Positions 28,840-37,800 of a stretch of DNA of 64,000 nt are shown here, piece by piece. Both the position numbers and the translations under genes were made by a program. The notes beneath the pieces were generated by a model. The model was not told where the DNA came from. It saw nothing but the letters and a program-made list of their open reading frames with translations, and ran no database searches. The stretch covers positions 6,931 to 70,930 of the forward strand of contig JBBPIT010000009.1 in the NCBI GenBank assembly GCA_038040175.1, read 5' to 3'. Source of the stretch: Pseudomonadota bacterium. Lineage in GTDB: Bacteria > Pseudomonadota > Gammaproteobacteria > Burkholderiales > JACQAP01. Each line of letters begins with the position of its first letter. The stretch's first letter is position 1.

Positions 28840-29361
28840 TCAGGGCTTGCCGAACGTGGCGATCTTGTCGACCGGGCACTCGAACAGCACCCGACGTTCG
28901 TTGCGCGACGGGTCGCGCAGACCATAGGGCGGGGGATTCTTGGTGTACTTGGTCCAGATCTTGTCGAGCTGGGCGGTGACGCGCGGGCCCTCCTTCGGAT
29001 CGTCCTCGGAGATCTCACGCTTGACGGTGCACTTGATGCTCACCCAGTGATACATGTTCGCCGGATTTACCAGCAGCATCGAGAGCTGCGGGTTGGCGCG
29101 GATCCACTCGACTTTCTTGCGGTGCGAAGCGACGTTGACCAGAACCGTCGAGCCCTCGTAGTCGAACCACATCGGCGTCAGGTTCGGTCGCCCATTGGAG
29201 CCCATTACCGCGAGTACGACCGGGATGGGTTCTTCGAGCAGGCGCTTGTAGATCGGGTCGATATCGTTCAACGAGTTGATCTTGTCTCGCGAGCCTACCG
29301 AAAACTGGTTAGCCTGCAAGCCGTTGGCGACATCAAGGAACTTAGCCACTGCGATTGCCAT
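28840..29361 (-). CDS. Pyridoxamine 5'-phosphate oxidase-fold protein (possible F420/FMN-binding split-barrel)
   Basis: 173 aa with PVVLAVMGSNGRPNLTPMWFDYEGSTVLVNVASHRKKVEWIRANPQLSMLLVNP, the PPOX-like split beta-barrel pattern. The cofactor cannot be told from the sequence. Confidence 0.6.
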   Translation of the reverse strand: MAIAVAKFLDVANGLQANQFSVGSRDKINSLNDIDPIYKRLLEEPIPVVLAVMGSNGRPNLTPMWFDYEGSTVLVNVASHRKKVEWIRANPQLSMLLVNPANMYHWVSIKCTVKREISEDDPKEGPRVTAQLDKIWTKYTKNPPPYGLRDPSRNERRVLFECPVDKIATFGKP

Positions 29362-29418
29362 AACCCCCTCCCCCTTATGATTGGTGAAAACCTGCGAGCC
29401 ACTTTATCACTGCCCGGG

Positions 29419-29523
29419 ATGCATTTGGAAGGGCAATTCGCTGCGCTCGAACAGCCGGAGCTGCTGGCACAGGAAATCCGCGAGTTTTTACGCCCTTTGC
29501 GCCAGGAATTGATAGGGGCGTAG
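29419..29523 (+). pseudogene. 3'-terminal fragment of an epoxide hydrolase paralog
   Basis: It translates to MHLEGQFAALEQPELLAQEIREFLRPLRQELIGA*, compared with the full gene tail MPKGGHFAALEQPELLAQDIREFFRPLR* at 18917-19000. The nucleotide core gcgctcgaacagccggagctgctggcacagga is identical in both (29443 onward and 18938 onward). No upstream coding part remains. Confidence 0.75.
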
Positions 29524-29684
29524 CGTCCATCAATCCCTTCGTGCTTTGAGCTGCCGAAATCCGAACCGGATGCGGCAGGAGGGGCAGTGCCGAGGAAGCC
29601 GCAACACCTGGCCAATCTGTCGCGGCTGCGGTTGTATGACGTGGTGCCTTGGTGTTGGATTGCCGTTGTGATATGGTTACCCAT

Positions 29685-29930
29685 ATGAAGACAACCGTAG
29701 ATATTGCTGACCCATTGCTCGACGAGGCGAAAAGAGTCGCAAACCGCGACGGTACGACTGTCAAGGCGCTGCTGGAGCAGGGGCTGAGACAGGTGCTGTC
29801 GGAGCGCAAGACCGCCGGCGCATTTCGCCTGCGCAAAGCGACATTCCGTGGGCGCGGACTGCAGTCCGGCGTTGCACATCTGTCCTGGGACCGAATTCGC
29901 GATCTTGCCTACGAGGGGCGAGGCGGATGA
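29685..29930 (+). CDS. vapB: Type II antitoxin, VapB family
   Basis: Trimmed to MKTTVDIADPLLDEAKRVANRDGTTVKALLEQGLRQVL. It overlaps the downstream PIN gene by 4 nt. Confidence 0.8.
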   Translation: MKTTVDIADPLLDEAKRVANRDGTTVKALLEQGLRQVLSERKTAGAFRLRKATFRGRGLQSGVAHLSWDRIRDLAYEGRGG

Positions 29931-30361
29931 TCGCTCTTGACACCAACATCTTGGTGTACGCGCATCGCGAGGAAGCCGCCTGGCACCACGCTGCCTACGA
30001 GAAACTTGAAGAACTGGCCGTAGGTCGCTCGGCCTGGGCGATTCCTTGGCCCTGTATTCATGAATTTCTGGCGATTACGACGCATCCGCGGATCTTCGAT
30101 CCACCCACACCGCTGGCCAAGGGGATGGACCAGGTGGAAGCCTGGCTGGAGTCGCCGACACTGTTTGTGCTATCGGAATCCGGAAATTACTGGCAAGAAC
30201 TGCGGCCTCTCCTGGAGGCGGGCAAAATCGCGGGCCCTCAGGTTCACGACGCGCGTATCGCGGCGCTGTGTATGCAGCATGGGGTTCGAGAACTTTGGAC
30301 CGCAGATCGTGACTTCGGGAGATTTCCCGATCTAAAAGTTGTAAATCCGCTGGTCGCCTGA
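29927..30361 (+). CDS. vapC: PIN-domain ribonuclease toxin, VapC family
   Basis: 144 aa with MIALDTNILVYAHRE...HDARIAALCMQHGVRELWTADRDFGRF, carrying the PIN acidic residues. Confidence 0.85.
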   Translation: MIALDTNILVYAHREEAAWHHAAYEKLEELAVGRSAWAIPWPCIHEFLAITTHPRIFDPPTPLAKGMDQVEAWLESPTLFVLSESGNYWQELRPLLEAGKIAGPQVHDARIAALCMQHGVRELWTADRDFGRFPDLKVVNPLVA

Positions 30362-30399
30362 ACAAGATCGACGCCGGCGGAGCGCTTGGCGTCGTCATT

Positions 30400-30599
30400 A
30401 TGCGTGAGGAAGGTGAATCGCTCCGCGGGGGTTGTCCAGGTTCGACGTGCCACGTATTACAGCCACGCTCAAGACCGATGACGGGGCGCTGATCTACCTG
30501 TCCTACAACGGCATTAACCAGCACTCCGCCGAAAGCGCGGAGCGACTCTGCAAGGAGGAGCTGCTGACCACCCAGGACATTCCCTACTTCACACAATGA
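30400..30599 (+). pseudogene. Degraded DUF3237 (UPF0311)-like gene fragment
   Basis: One frame gives EGESLRGGCPGS. The frame from 30447 gives VPRITATLKTDDGALIYLSYNGINQHSAESAERLCKEELLTTQDIPYFTQ*. This resembles the central part of DUF3237 proteins as I recall them (FEG..LRG.V.PGG ... Y.L.TDDGALIY). The N-terminus is missing and the frame is broken. Confidence 0.45.
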
Positions 30600-30967
30600 C
30601 GGCGCAGCCAATCGGCGAAGGTCGCCTCGTCCATTTCGCCGGCTGCGACTGCGAGCATGGTGAGAACGCAAGCAGCATCGTCCGCGACTAGCCGGTACCC
30701 ATTCAAACGAAGAAAAAGCTCGACTGAGACGAACGCGGTCCGTTTGTTGCCGTCCACGAACGGGTGATTTCGTGCGATGCCGACGCCATACGAGGCGGCG
30801 AGTTCTGCAACGTCAGGCTCGCCGTAGGCCACTAGATTCATCGGTCGCGCAAGCGCCGATTCCAGCAAACCTATGTCTCGGACGTCGGGGCTACCTCCGT
30901 GTTCAGCGAGTTGTTCCTCATGTACTGCAAGGACGACGGTAGGGTCGATCCAAACCCATTCCGTCAT
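30584..30967 (-). CDS. doc: Doc (death-on-curing) Fic-family toxin
   Basis: 127 aa with VLAVHEEQLAEHGG...GLLESALARP...ARNHPFVDGNKRTAF, which is the Fic/Doc motif. Confidence 0.9.
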   Translation of the reverse strand: MTEWVWIDPTVVLAVHEEQLAEHGGSPDVRDIGLLESALARPMNLVAYGEPDVAELAASYGVGIARNHPFVDGNKRTAFVSVELFLRLNGYRLVADDAACVLTMLAVAAGEMDEATFADWLRRHCVK

Positions 30968-31188
30968 TTCGCCAGCTCTCGCAACACCGCCCGCCGCTCC
31001 TTCATGATTTCGCGTGCAGTCTTCATCTGCTCCTCGAAATCGGGGTTATGTGGGGTGATGCGATAGCCGTCCGGCGACTCGGTAATGTAGACCTCGTCGC
31101 CCTTTCCAAGCTTGAGCCGCGCAAGCACTTCCTTCGGCAGGATGACGCCGACCGAATTGCCGATCTGGGTGAGTTTGAGGGTGAACAT
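30964..31188 (-). CDS. AbrB/MazE/SpoVT-type antitoxin partner of Doc (Phd-like role)
   Basis: Trimmed to MFTLKLTQIGNSVGVILPKEVLARLKLGKGDEVYITESPDGYRITP. It overlaps the doc start by 4 nt. Confidence 0.85.
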   Translation of the reverse strand: MFTLKLTQIGNSVGVILPKEVLARLKLGKGDEVYITESPDGYRITPHNPDFEEQMKTAREIMKERRAVLRELAK

Positions 31189-31573
31189 GAGGTACCTCAG
31201 CCGAGTTATAACAATCGTTACATTACATTGATATTTAGATAGTTTCAAACTTGATTGACTGTCTGGACAAGTCCGTCCGATCGCTCCTCCCGCTACCCGC
31301 TTTCGAGCGCATGAACTACTTTAAGGCTAGGTTTTCGGCAGCGTTATGGAGCCGTGTAAAGCGGTAGCCGTCACGATGGTCGCCACGATGATAGTGAGAC
31401 GCGCGCTTTTTCGGCCGGCGGTTGCCACGCCGAGTCAATGGAAAGTCTCTGCAATCGTCACTGGATCCCGTCTGCTGGACAATCTCCGGCAATGAGGTTG
31501 TAATGCCGCGACACGGCGCAACGTACACCGTGATATCAAGACCAGATCGAATTTGGCAACGCGGAGGAGAATC

Positions 31574-32635
31574 ATGAAGCAGCTATCCTTAATTGCTGTC
31601 GTCGCGGCCTGTGCCGCCGCGGTCATCATTCCTGGTATGGCCTTGTCGCAAGACGCGGCGCGCAAGGTCAAAATCGACGTCACCAGTACCTATCCCACCT
31701 CGCTGACGCTGATCGGGGAAGCTGCCCTCAGGCTGGCGAAGAGAGTGCAGCGCGCCTCGGGCGGGACGATCGAGATGAAAATCCACGAGCCCGGCGCACT
31801 CGTCCCGGGTCTGCAGGCAATTCAGGCGGTCTCCCGCGGTTCGGTGGACGCGGCGTGGTCAGCGCCCGGGTTCTTTTCGGGCACGGACGCCGTATTCAAT
31901 CTGTTCACCACGGTACCGTTCGGGCCAGGGATCCCTGAGTACCTGGCGTGGATGTACTACGGCGGCGGACAGGAGCTGCAGAACGAGATGTTCGCCAAGC
32001 ACGACGTTCACGCGACCATCTGCGGCATCCATTCCCCCGAGTCCTCCGGCTGGTTCCGCAAGGAAATCAAGACGGTCAACGATCTCAAGGGCCTGAAGAT
32101 GCGCTTTTTCGGACTCGGCGGACGGGTCATGGAAAAGCTCGGCGTCTCGACCCAGTTGCTCGCCCCGGGTGACATCTTCCAGGCGCTGCAACTCGGCACC
32201 ATCGACGCCACGGAGTTCTCGATGCCGGCGCTGGACCAGAAGCTCGGTTTCTACCAGGTCGCCAAGTACTACTACTTCCCGGGCTGGCACCAGCAGGCCT
32301 CGATCCTCGACCTGTTCATCAACCAGAAGAAGTGGGACTCGCTCTCGGATCAGCACAAGGCGATCATCGAACTGGCCTGTGGGGATACCATCCGGGACAT
32401 CATCGCGGAGGGTGAAGCGATCCAGTGGAAGGCGATGAAGGAAATGCGCGACAAGAACGGCGTCAAGATCATGCGCTGGTCGCCGGAAATCATGAAGGCT
32501 TACGAGAAGGCGTGGCTCGAAGTCGCCGCGGAAGAATCCGCGAAAAGCCCCAATTTTAAGAAAGCCTGGGATTCCTACTCGAAGTTCCGTGCCGACTATT
32601 CCCTCTGGCGCGAGTACGGTTACCTGAACCAGTAA
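31574..32635 (+). CDS. TRAP transporter substrate-binding protein (DctP family)
   Basis: Trimmed to MKQLSLIAVVAACAAAVIIPGMALSQDA (signal peptide). The body contains FTTVPFGPG..EYLAWMYYGGGQEL and RKEIKTVNDLKGLKMR. Confidence 0.85.
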   Translation: MKQLSLIAVVAACAAAVIIPGMALSQDAARKVKIDVTSTYPTSLTLIGEAALRLAKRVQRASGGTIEMKIHEPGALVPGLQAIQAVSRGSVDAAWSAPGFFSGTDAVFNLFTTVPFGPGIPEYLAWMYYGGGQELQNEMFAKHDVHATICGIHSPESSGWFRKEIKTVNDLKGLKMRFFGLGGRVMEKLGVSTQLLAPGDIFQALQLGTIDATEFSMPALDQKLGFYQVAKYYYFPGWHQQASILDLFINQKKWDSLSDQHKAIIELACGDTIRDIIAEGEAIQWKAMKEMRDKNGVKIMRWSPEIMKAYEKAWLEVAAEESAKSPNFKKAWDSYSKFRADYSLWREYGYLNQ

Positions 32636-32700
32636 TCCGTTGAGAAGTGCGGCGGCCGGTACTTGCCGGCCGCTGTCTTGCGTCCGGGAGAGACAAAGGC

Positions 32701-33264
32701 ATGGACCGGCTGCTGAAGACCAGTGACGCCATCAACCGCGTCCTGGAGAGGGTCGCGATGGCCGCGGGCTGGCTGTTCGTCGTCTGCACGGCAGTGATCG
32801 TGATGGACGTGCTTTCGCGCAAGGCCGGTTACCAGATTCCCGGGATGGGTTCGACGCGCCTGCAGGAACTGGAGTGGCACCTGCACACCGCGCTTTTCTC
32901 TTTCTGGCTCGGGGCGGCGTACATCAAAAACACGCACGTCCGCATCGACGTCGCCTTCGCCAACGCCAAGCCGGCTACGCATGCCTGGGCCGAATTCCTC
33001 GGCTGCCTGGTGTTCGCTCTGCCGTACTGCCTGATCGCGATCTACTTCAGCTTCGACTTCTTCTGGATCGCCTGGCAACAGAACGAGTTCTCCGAGAACC
33101 CGAGCGGCCTGCCTTGGCGCTGGGTGCCTAAAGGGTTCATCTTCATTGGTCTGGTGCTGCTACTCGCGGCGGTCGTTTCCGTGTTCATGCGTGTGATCGT
33201 GTACCTGTTTGGGCCGGAGCGCCTGCGCGAAGCGGCCGCCTTCGCCGGCGCCAGGAAAAATTGA
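32701..33264 (+). CDS. TRAP transporter small permease (DctQ family)
   Basis: Trimmed to MDRLLKTSDAINRVLERVAMAAGWLFV. It has 4 predicted TM segments and sits between the DctP and DctM genes. Confidence 0.8.
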   Translation: MDRLLKTSDAINRVLERVAMAAGWLFVVCTAVIVMDVLSRKAGYQIPGMGSTRLQELEWHLHTALFSFWLGAAYIKNTHVRIDVAFANAKPATHAWAEFLGCLVFALPYCLIAIYFSFDFFWIAWQQNEFSENPSGLPWRWVPKGFIFIGLVLLLAAVVSVFMRVIVYLFGPERLREAAAFAGARKN

Positions 33265-33274
33265 GGTTCCGGCC

Positions 33275-34660
33275 ATGCAGTGGTTGACCCATCATCTGGC
33301 GTTGCTCCTCTTCCTGGTCATCGCAATCGCGCTTTTCTGTGGCTATCCTGTCGCCTTCGTGCTCGGCGGCGTCGCGATTTTCTTCGGCGGTATCGGGATC
33401 CTTCTCGACGTCTTCCATCCCGTGCAGTTCTTCAACCTACTGCCCAGGATCTGGGGCTCGGCGGCGTCCAACCCGGTACTGGTGGCGGTGCCGATGTTCA
33501 TTTTCATGGGGACGATGCTCGAACGCAGTGGTGTTGCTAACGATCTGCTGCACTGTCTTCAGGTACTCACGCGCCGCATCCCGGGAGGTTTGGCGATGTC
33601 GGTGACGCTGATGGGCACGATCATGGCTGCGACCACAGGCATCGTCGGAGCGTCCGTCGTAATGCTGACGCTCATCGCGTTGCCGACGATGCTCGAGCGC
33701 GGCTACCAGAAGGAGCTTGCGGTCGGCACCATTGCCTCCGCGGGCACTTTGGGCATCCTGATCCCGCCGTCCATCATGCTGGTGATCATGGGTGATCTGC
33801 TGTCGGTTTCGGTCGGGACGCTGTTCGCCGCGGCGGTGATCCCCGGCCTGATTCTTTCTCTGCTGTATCTCATCTATATCGGCGTGCTGAGCTTCTACAA
33901 ACCGGAACTCGCTCCGCCGTTGCCGGCAGACATCGGTCCGAAGACCCGGGCCGAATTCTGGAAGATGATCGGCAAGAGCTTCGTCCCTCCGACTTTCCTG
34001 ATTGTGCTGGTGCTGGGTTCTATCTTCGCCGGTTGGGCCACGCCGACCGAGGCGGCAGGCGTGGGCGCTTTCGGGGCGATCCTGCTCGCCTGGTTCAACG
34101 GGCGGCTCAACATGAAGGCGATGAGGGAGGTCATCGAGAACACCGCGCTGACGAACGCCATGGTCTTCTTCATCTTCTTCGGCGCGACGCTGTTCTCGTT
34201 CGTGTTCCGCTCGCTCGGCGGCGACGACATCGTCAAGGAGATTCTCGCGGCAATGGGCCTGGATACCGGCTGGGAGATCCTGACCTTCCTGATGGTGCTG
34301 GTGTTCGTGCTTGGCTTCTTCTTCGACTGGATCGAGATCTGCCTCATCGTCCTGCCGGTGTTCGCGCCGGTGCTGCAAGGCGTGGACTTTGGCCCGCACA
34401 TCGGCGAAGGCGCGCCGATCGTATTCCTCACCTGGTTCATTATCATGATGTCGGTGAACCTGCAGACCTCGTTCCTGACCCCTCCATTCGGCTTCACGCT
34501 GTTCTACATGAAAGGAACGGTGCCGCGCTCGGTGACGATGGCGCATATCTATCGCGGCATCATTCCCTTCGTGGCGCTGCAACTCATCGGGCTGATTCTG
34601 GTGATCGTATTCCCGCAGATCGCGCTGTGGTTGCCGCGCTCAGTGGGTTTCCTGGACTGA
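33275..34660 (+). CDS. TRAP transporter large permease (DctM family)
   Basis: Trimmed to MQWLTHHLALLLFLVIAIALFCGYPVAFVLGG. It is a highly hydrophobic 461-aa polytopic protein. Confidence 0.85.
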   Translation: MQWLTHHLALLLFLVIAIALFCGYPVAFVLGGVAIFFGGIGILLDVFHPVQFFNLLPRIWGSAASNPVLVAVPMFIFMGTMLERSGVANDLLHCLQVLTRRIPGGLAMSVTLMGTIMAATTGIVGASVVMLTLIALPTMLERGYQKELAVGTIASAGTLGILIPPSIMLVIMGDLLSVSVGTLFAAAVIPGLILSLLYLIYIGVLSFYKPELAPPLPADIGPKTRAEFWKMIGKSFVPPTFLIVLVLGSIFAGWATPTEAAGVGAFGAILLAWFNGRLNMKAMREVIENTALTNAMVFFIFFGATLFSFVFRSLGGDDIVKEILAAMGLDTGWEILTFLMVLVFVLGFFFDWIEICLIVLPVFAPVLQGVDFGPHIGEGAPIVFLTWFIIMMSVNLQTSFLTPPFGFTLFYMKGTVPRSVTMAHIYRGIIPFVALQLIGLILVIVFPQIALWLPRSVGFLD

Positions 34661-34829
34661 TTGAAGCAGTTAGGAATCAGGGAGGGGTGAGGAGCGACGG
34701 GGTAAGGGCAGAACGGGCGTAGGCTAAGCTGCGCTCACGGCACACAGGACGCCTGGCAACAACGGCGGGCGTTTCTTTTGGTGGCGAGTCGCGCAACAAT
34801 GGCGCTGCCACCTCTCCGGGGAGGAGAAG

Positions 34830-37800
34830 ATGCCGAAGCGCGTTCCGCAACTCGCCAAACTCACTCGCCCGCGATTGCATGCAGCCGTCGCCCGCGAGCG
34901 GCTGTTCGCCAAGCTCGATGACGCCCGGGAGCACCGGCCCGCGATCTGCGTAGTGGGCCCCCCGGGTGCGGGCAAGACCACCCTCGTTGCCTCCTGGCTG
35001 GATGCTCGCGGCATCAGGGGCATCTGGTACCAGGTCGATCCCGGCGATGCCGATCTCGCCACGTTCTTCTATTACCTGGGGCAAGCCGCCAAGCCGTTCA
35101 CGCGCAAGAGGCAACGGCTACTGCCGCTGCTGACGCCGGAGTATCTGCAGGATGTCGAAGGCTTTTCGAGGAGGTTTTTCCGGGAGCTGTTTGCAAGACT
35201 CCCGCACGGCGCGACGCTGGTGCTGGATAACTATCAGGAAGTGCTTCCGGAGCAGACTTTTCACCAAGTCGTAGCCGAAGCGATCGCGGAGGTGCCACCG
35301 GGTCTCGCATTCGTCGCGATCAGTCGCAGGGATCCACCGGAAGCATACGTTCGGCTTATCGCCAACGAGAATGTGCAGCTCGTCGAGTGGGAAGAGCTCA
35401 AGCTGACAATGGAAGAGACGCGAGCGATTGCTAGTCCCAGGGCGGGCATTGCGGATGAAGAGATTCGTCAACTGCACAACCTGTGCGGAGGCTGGGCGGC
35501 AGGACTAACGCTGCTGCTGGAACACAAGAGAAAACATACGGCCGGGCTCGATCCGCGCCACGCCGATGGCGTCGATGCGATCTTCGAGTACTTCGCCAAA
35601 GAGATCTTCGACCGGCTCCCGCAGGACACGCAGCGCTTCCTTGTGGGCACCGCGTTTCTGCCGCGCGTGACGGCGCCGGTCGCGCAGGCGCTTACCGGCA
35701 ATGCCGGAGCTGGCGCGATTCTGGAGGACTTGTATCGACGCCATCTCTTCACGCATCGGCGTCCCGGAGACGTTCCAACCTACCAGTACCACGCGCTGTT
35801 CCAAACATTTCTCAGGGCGCGCGCCAGAACGCTGCTTTCAGGCACGGAGGAGAGGGTTCTCGCCTCGCACGCCGGGCGTCTGCTCGAAGACAACGGCCTG
35901 ATCGACGACGCAATCCTGCTTTACCGCGAGGCGGGCGAATGGGAATCTGCGGGCAGACTGATCCGCAGCGCCGCACCCTCGCTGCTTGCACAGGGACGGG
36001 GCCAGACGCTACGCGAATGGATCGGGGCGCTGCCGATGGAGCGGGCCGAATCGGACCCCTGGCTGGTTTATTGGCTCGGCGCTTCGCTGATCGCGGTAGA
36101 CCAGCAAAAGGCGCGGCTGCGCCTTGAGCACGCTTTCGAAAGATTCGAGTCCAACGGCGACCTCGTAGGCCAGGCGCTGGCCGCCTGCGGCGTTATTGAC
36201 ACTTACTATTTCGAGTGGTCTGAATTTGGATCGATGCCACGCTGGATTGCAACCTTGGAGCGAATCATGTCGAGCGGGCCGATCCTCGAATCGCGCGAAA
36301 CCGAGCTGCATGTGTACTCGAGCTTGATAATCGCGATGCTCTACGCGCAGCCCGGTCATCCGCTTTTGCCGAAGTGCGTCGAGCGCGCAACCGAAATGCT
36401 CGAACTGGACATGGATGTCAATCACCGTGTGATGGCGGCGACATTCCTTCTCAGCTATTGCGCGCTCGCCTGCGATTTCGAGCGCGGCAGGCGGATCGTC
36501 GCCAAGGTCGAGCCGCTGCTCGGACACGCGGAACTGAGTCCGCTTAACCAGGTCTGGTGGAGAACGCGCCTTGGGTATTTCCTCTGGAATCTGACGGACT
36601 ACGAGGGCGCGGCACGTGTGCTGGACGAGGCCGAAGAGATCGACGAGGCACACGGGCTTGTCGGCCTGCGGTCAGCAAAGCTTCTGATGCTGAATTATCG
36701 ATCGCTGGCCGCGCTTGGATTGGAAGACTTCAAGACGGGTGAAGATTGCGTCCGCCGCAAGGAAGCACTTTACAATATCTGGCGCCGAATGGGTGATTGG
36801 CATCGCGTGTGGTTAAAGATTCAGTTCGAATTGGGGCGCGGCAATGCGAAGCCGGCGTTCGAGGATGCGGCGGACGCGGTCAAGGCAGCAAACGAAAGCG
36901 GTATGGTTTACATTCAAATCCTGTCACTGTTTGCCGAAGCTCGCGGGCACGCCGATTTTGGCTCCCACAGTAAAGTTCTCGAGAATCTTCAGCAGGCAGG
37001 TGTGCTAACGAAGGATACCTGCCTGGAGCACATCGAAAGCGAGATTCCGCTGACGGAAGCTTATTCGCTGCTGCGGCGCGGAGATCGCGAGCGAGGGCTG
37101 CCATGCCTTGCCAGAGGGCTGGCGCATGCGCGCCAGACTGGCTATTCGTACCACCTTCGCTGGTGCTCGACGATGCAAGTGCTATGCGCAGAGGCACTCG
37201 CGGCGGGCATCGAAGTCGATTACGTACGCGAAGTGGTCAAAAAGTATCGCCTGCGCCCACCCTCAAATGAGGTTGAGCAGTGGCCATGGCCGGTGAGGAT
37301 TAACACGCTAGGCGGATTCGAAATTTACCGTAATGACGAGCGCCTGGAGTTCTCCGGTAAGGTGCCGAAGAAGCCGCTGATGCTTCTGAAGGCTCTGATC
37401 GCATTCGGTGGACGCAACGTCCCGGAAGAGCGTTTGATGGACGCCCTTTGGCCAGACGAAGAAGCGGACGCGGCTAGAAAGTCGCTGGATATTACCGTGC
37501 TCCGACTGCGCAAGCTTCTCGGTAGTCACGAAGCCATCGTAGTGAGCGAAGAGTTGATTGGTTTGAACCCGCAGTTGTGCTGGGTGGATGTATGGGCTTT
37601 TGAGCGGCGGATCGCGCAGACCGAAGCGGCTGAAGGGGAGGCCGGGTTATCCGCGGCTGCTGCGGCCGTGGCTCTCTACCGCGGAAATTTTCTTCCGACC
37701 GATACCGACGAGCCATGGACGGTGAAGGCGCGCGAGCGGCTGCGTGTCAAGTTCGTGCGCCTGGTGGAAACCGTTGCCCAGTCCGACGAGGCTGCAGGGC

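Noticed and set aside
19001-29418. Calling the F420 block a bona fide integrative genomic island.
   Set aside because: There is no integrase, tRNA gene or obvious compositional shift by eye. Only the direct-repeat bracket and adjacent TA modules support the idea, so it is kept as a hypothesis in the findings and not annotated as a mobile element.
28768-29523. The 251-aa plus-strand ORF ending in the epoxide-hydrolase-like tail, considered as a real gene.
   Set aside because: Most of it is antisense to the well-supported PPOX-fold gene and FAD monooxygenase gene. Only the last roughly 30 codons resemble any protein family, so I call it a 3' fragment.
31249-31573. ORFs 31316..31528 (-) and 31435..31683 (-) in the gap between the doc antitoxin gene and the TRAP operon.
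   Set aside because: They have no SD, their composition is odd, and they overlap the signal-peptide region of the DctP gene in antisense. The AT-rich part (about 31200-31260) is more likely the promoter/operator of the phd/doc-type module.
34675-34715. The purine-rich stretch (gggaggggtgaggagcgacggggtaagggcagaacggg) right after the dctM stop, as another heptamer-arm copy.
   Set aside because: The periodicity is too degenerate to call and there is no partner arm. It is noted only as a possible decayed member.
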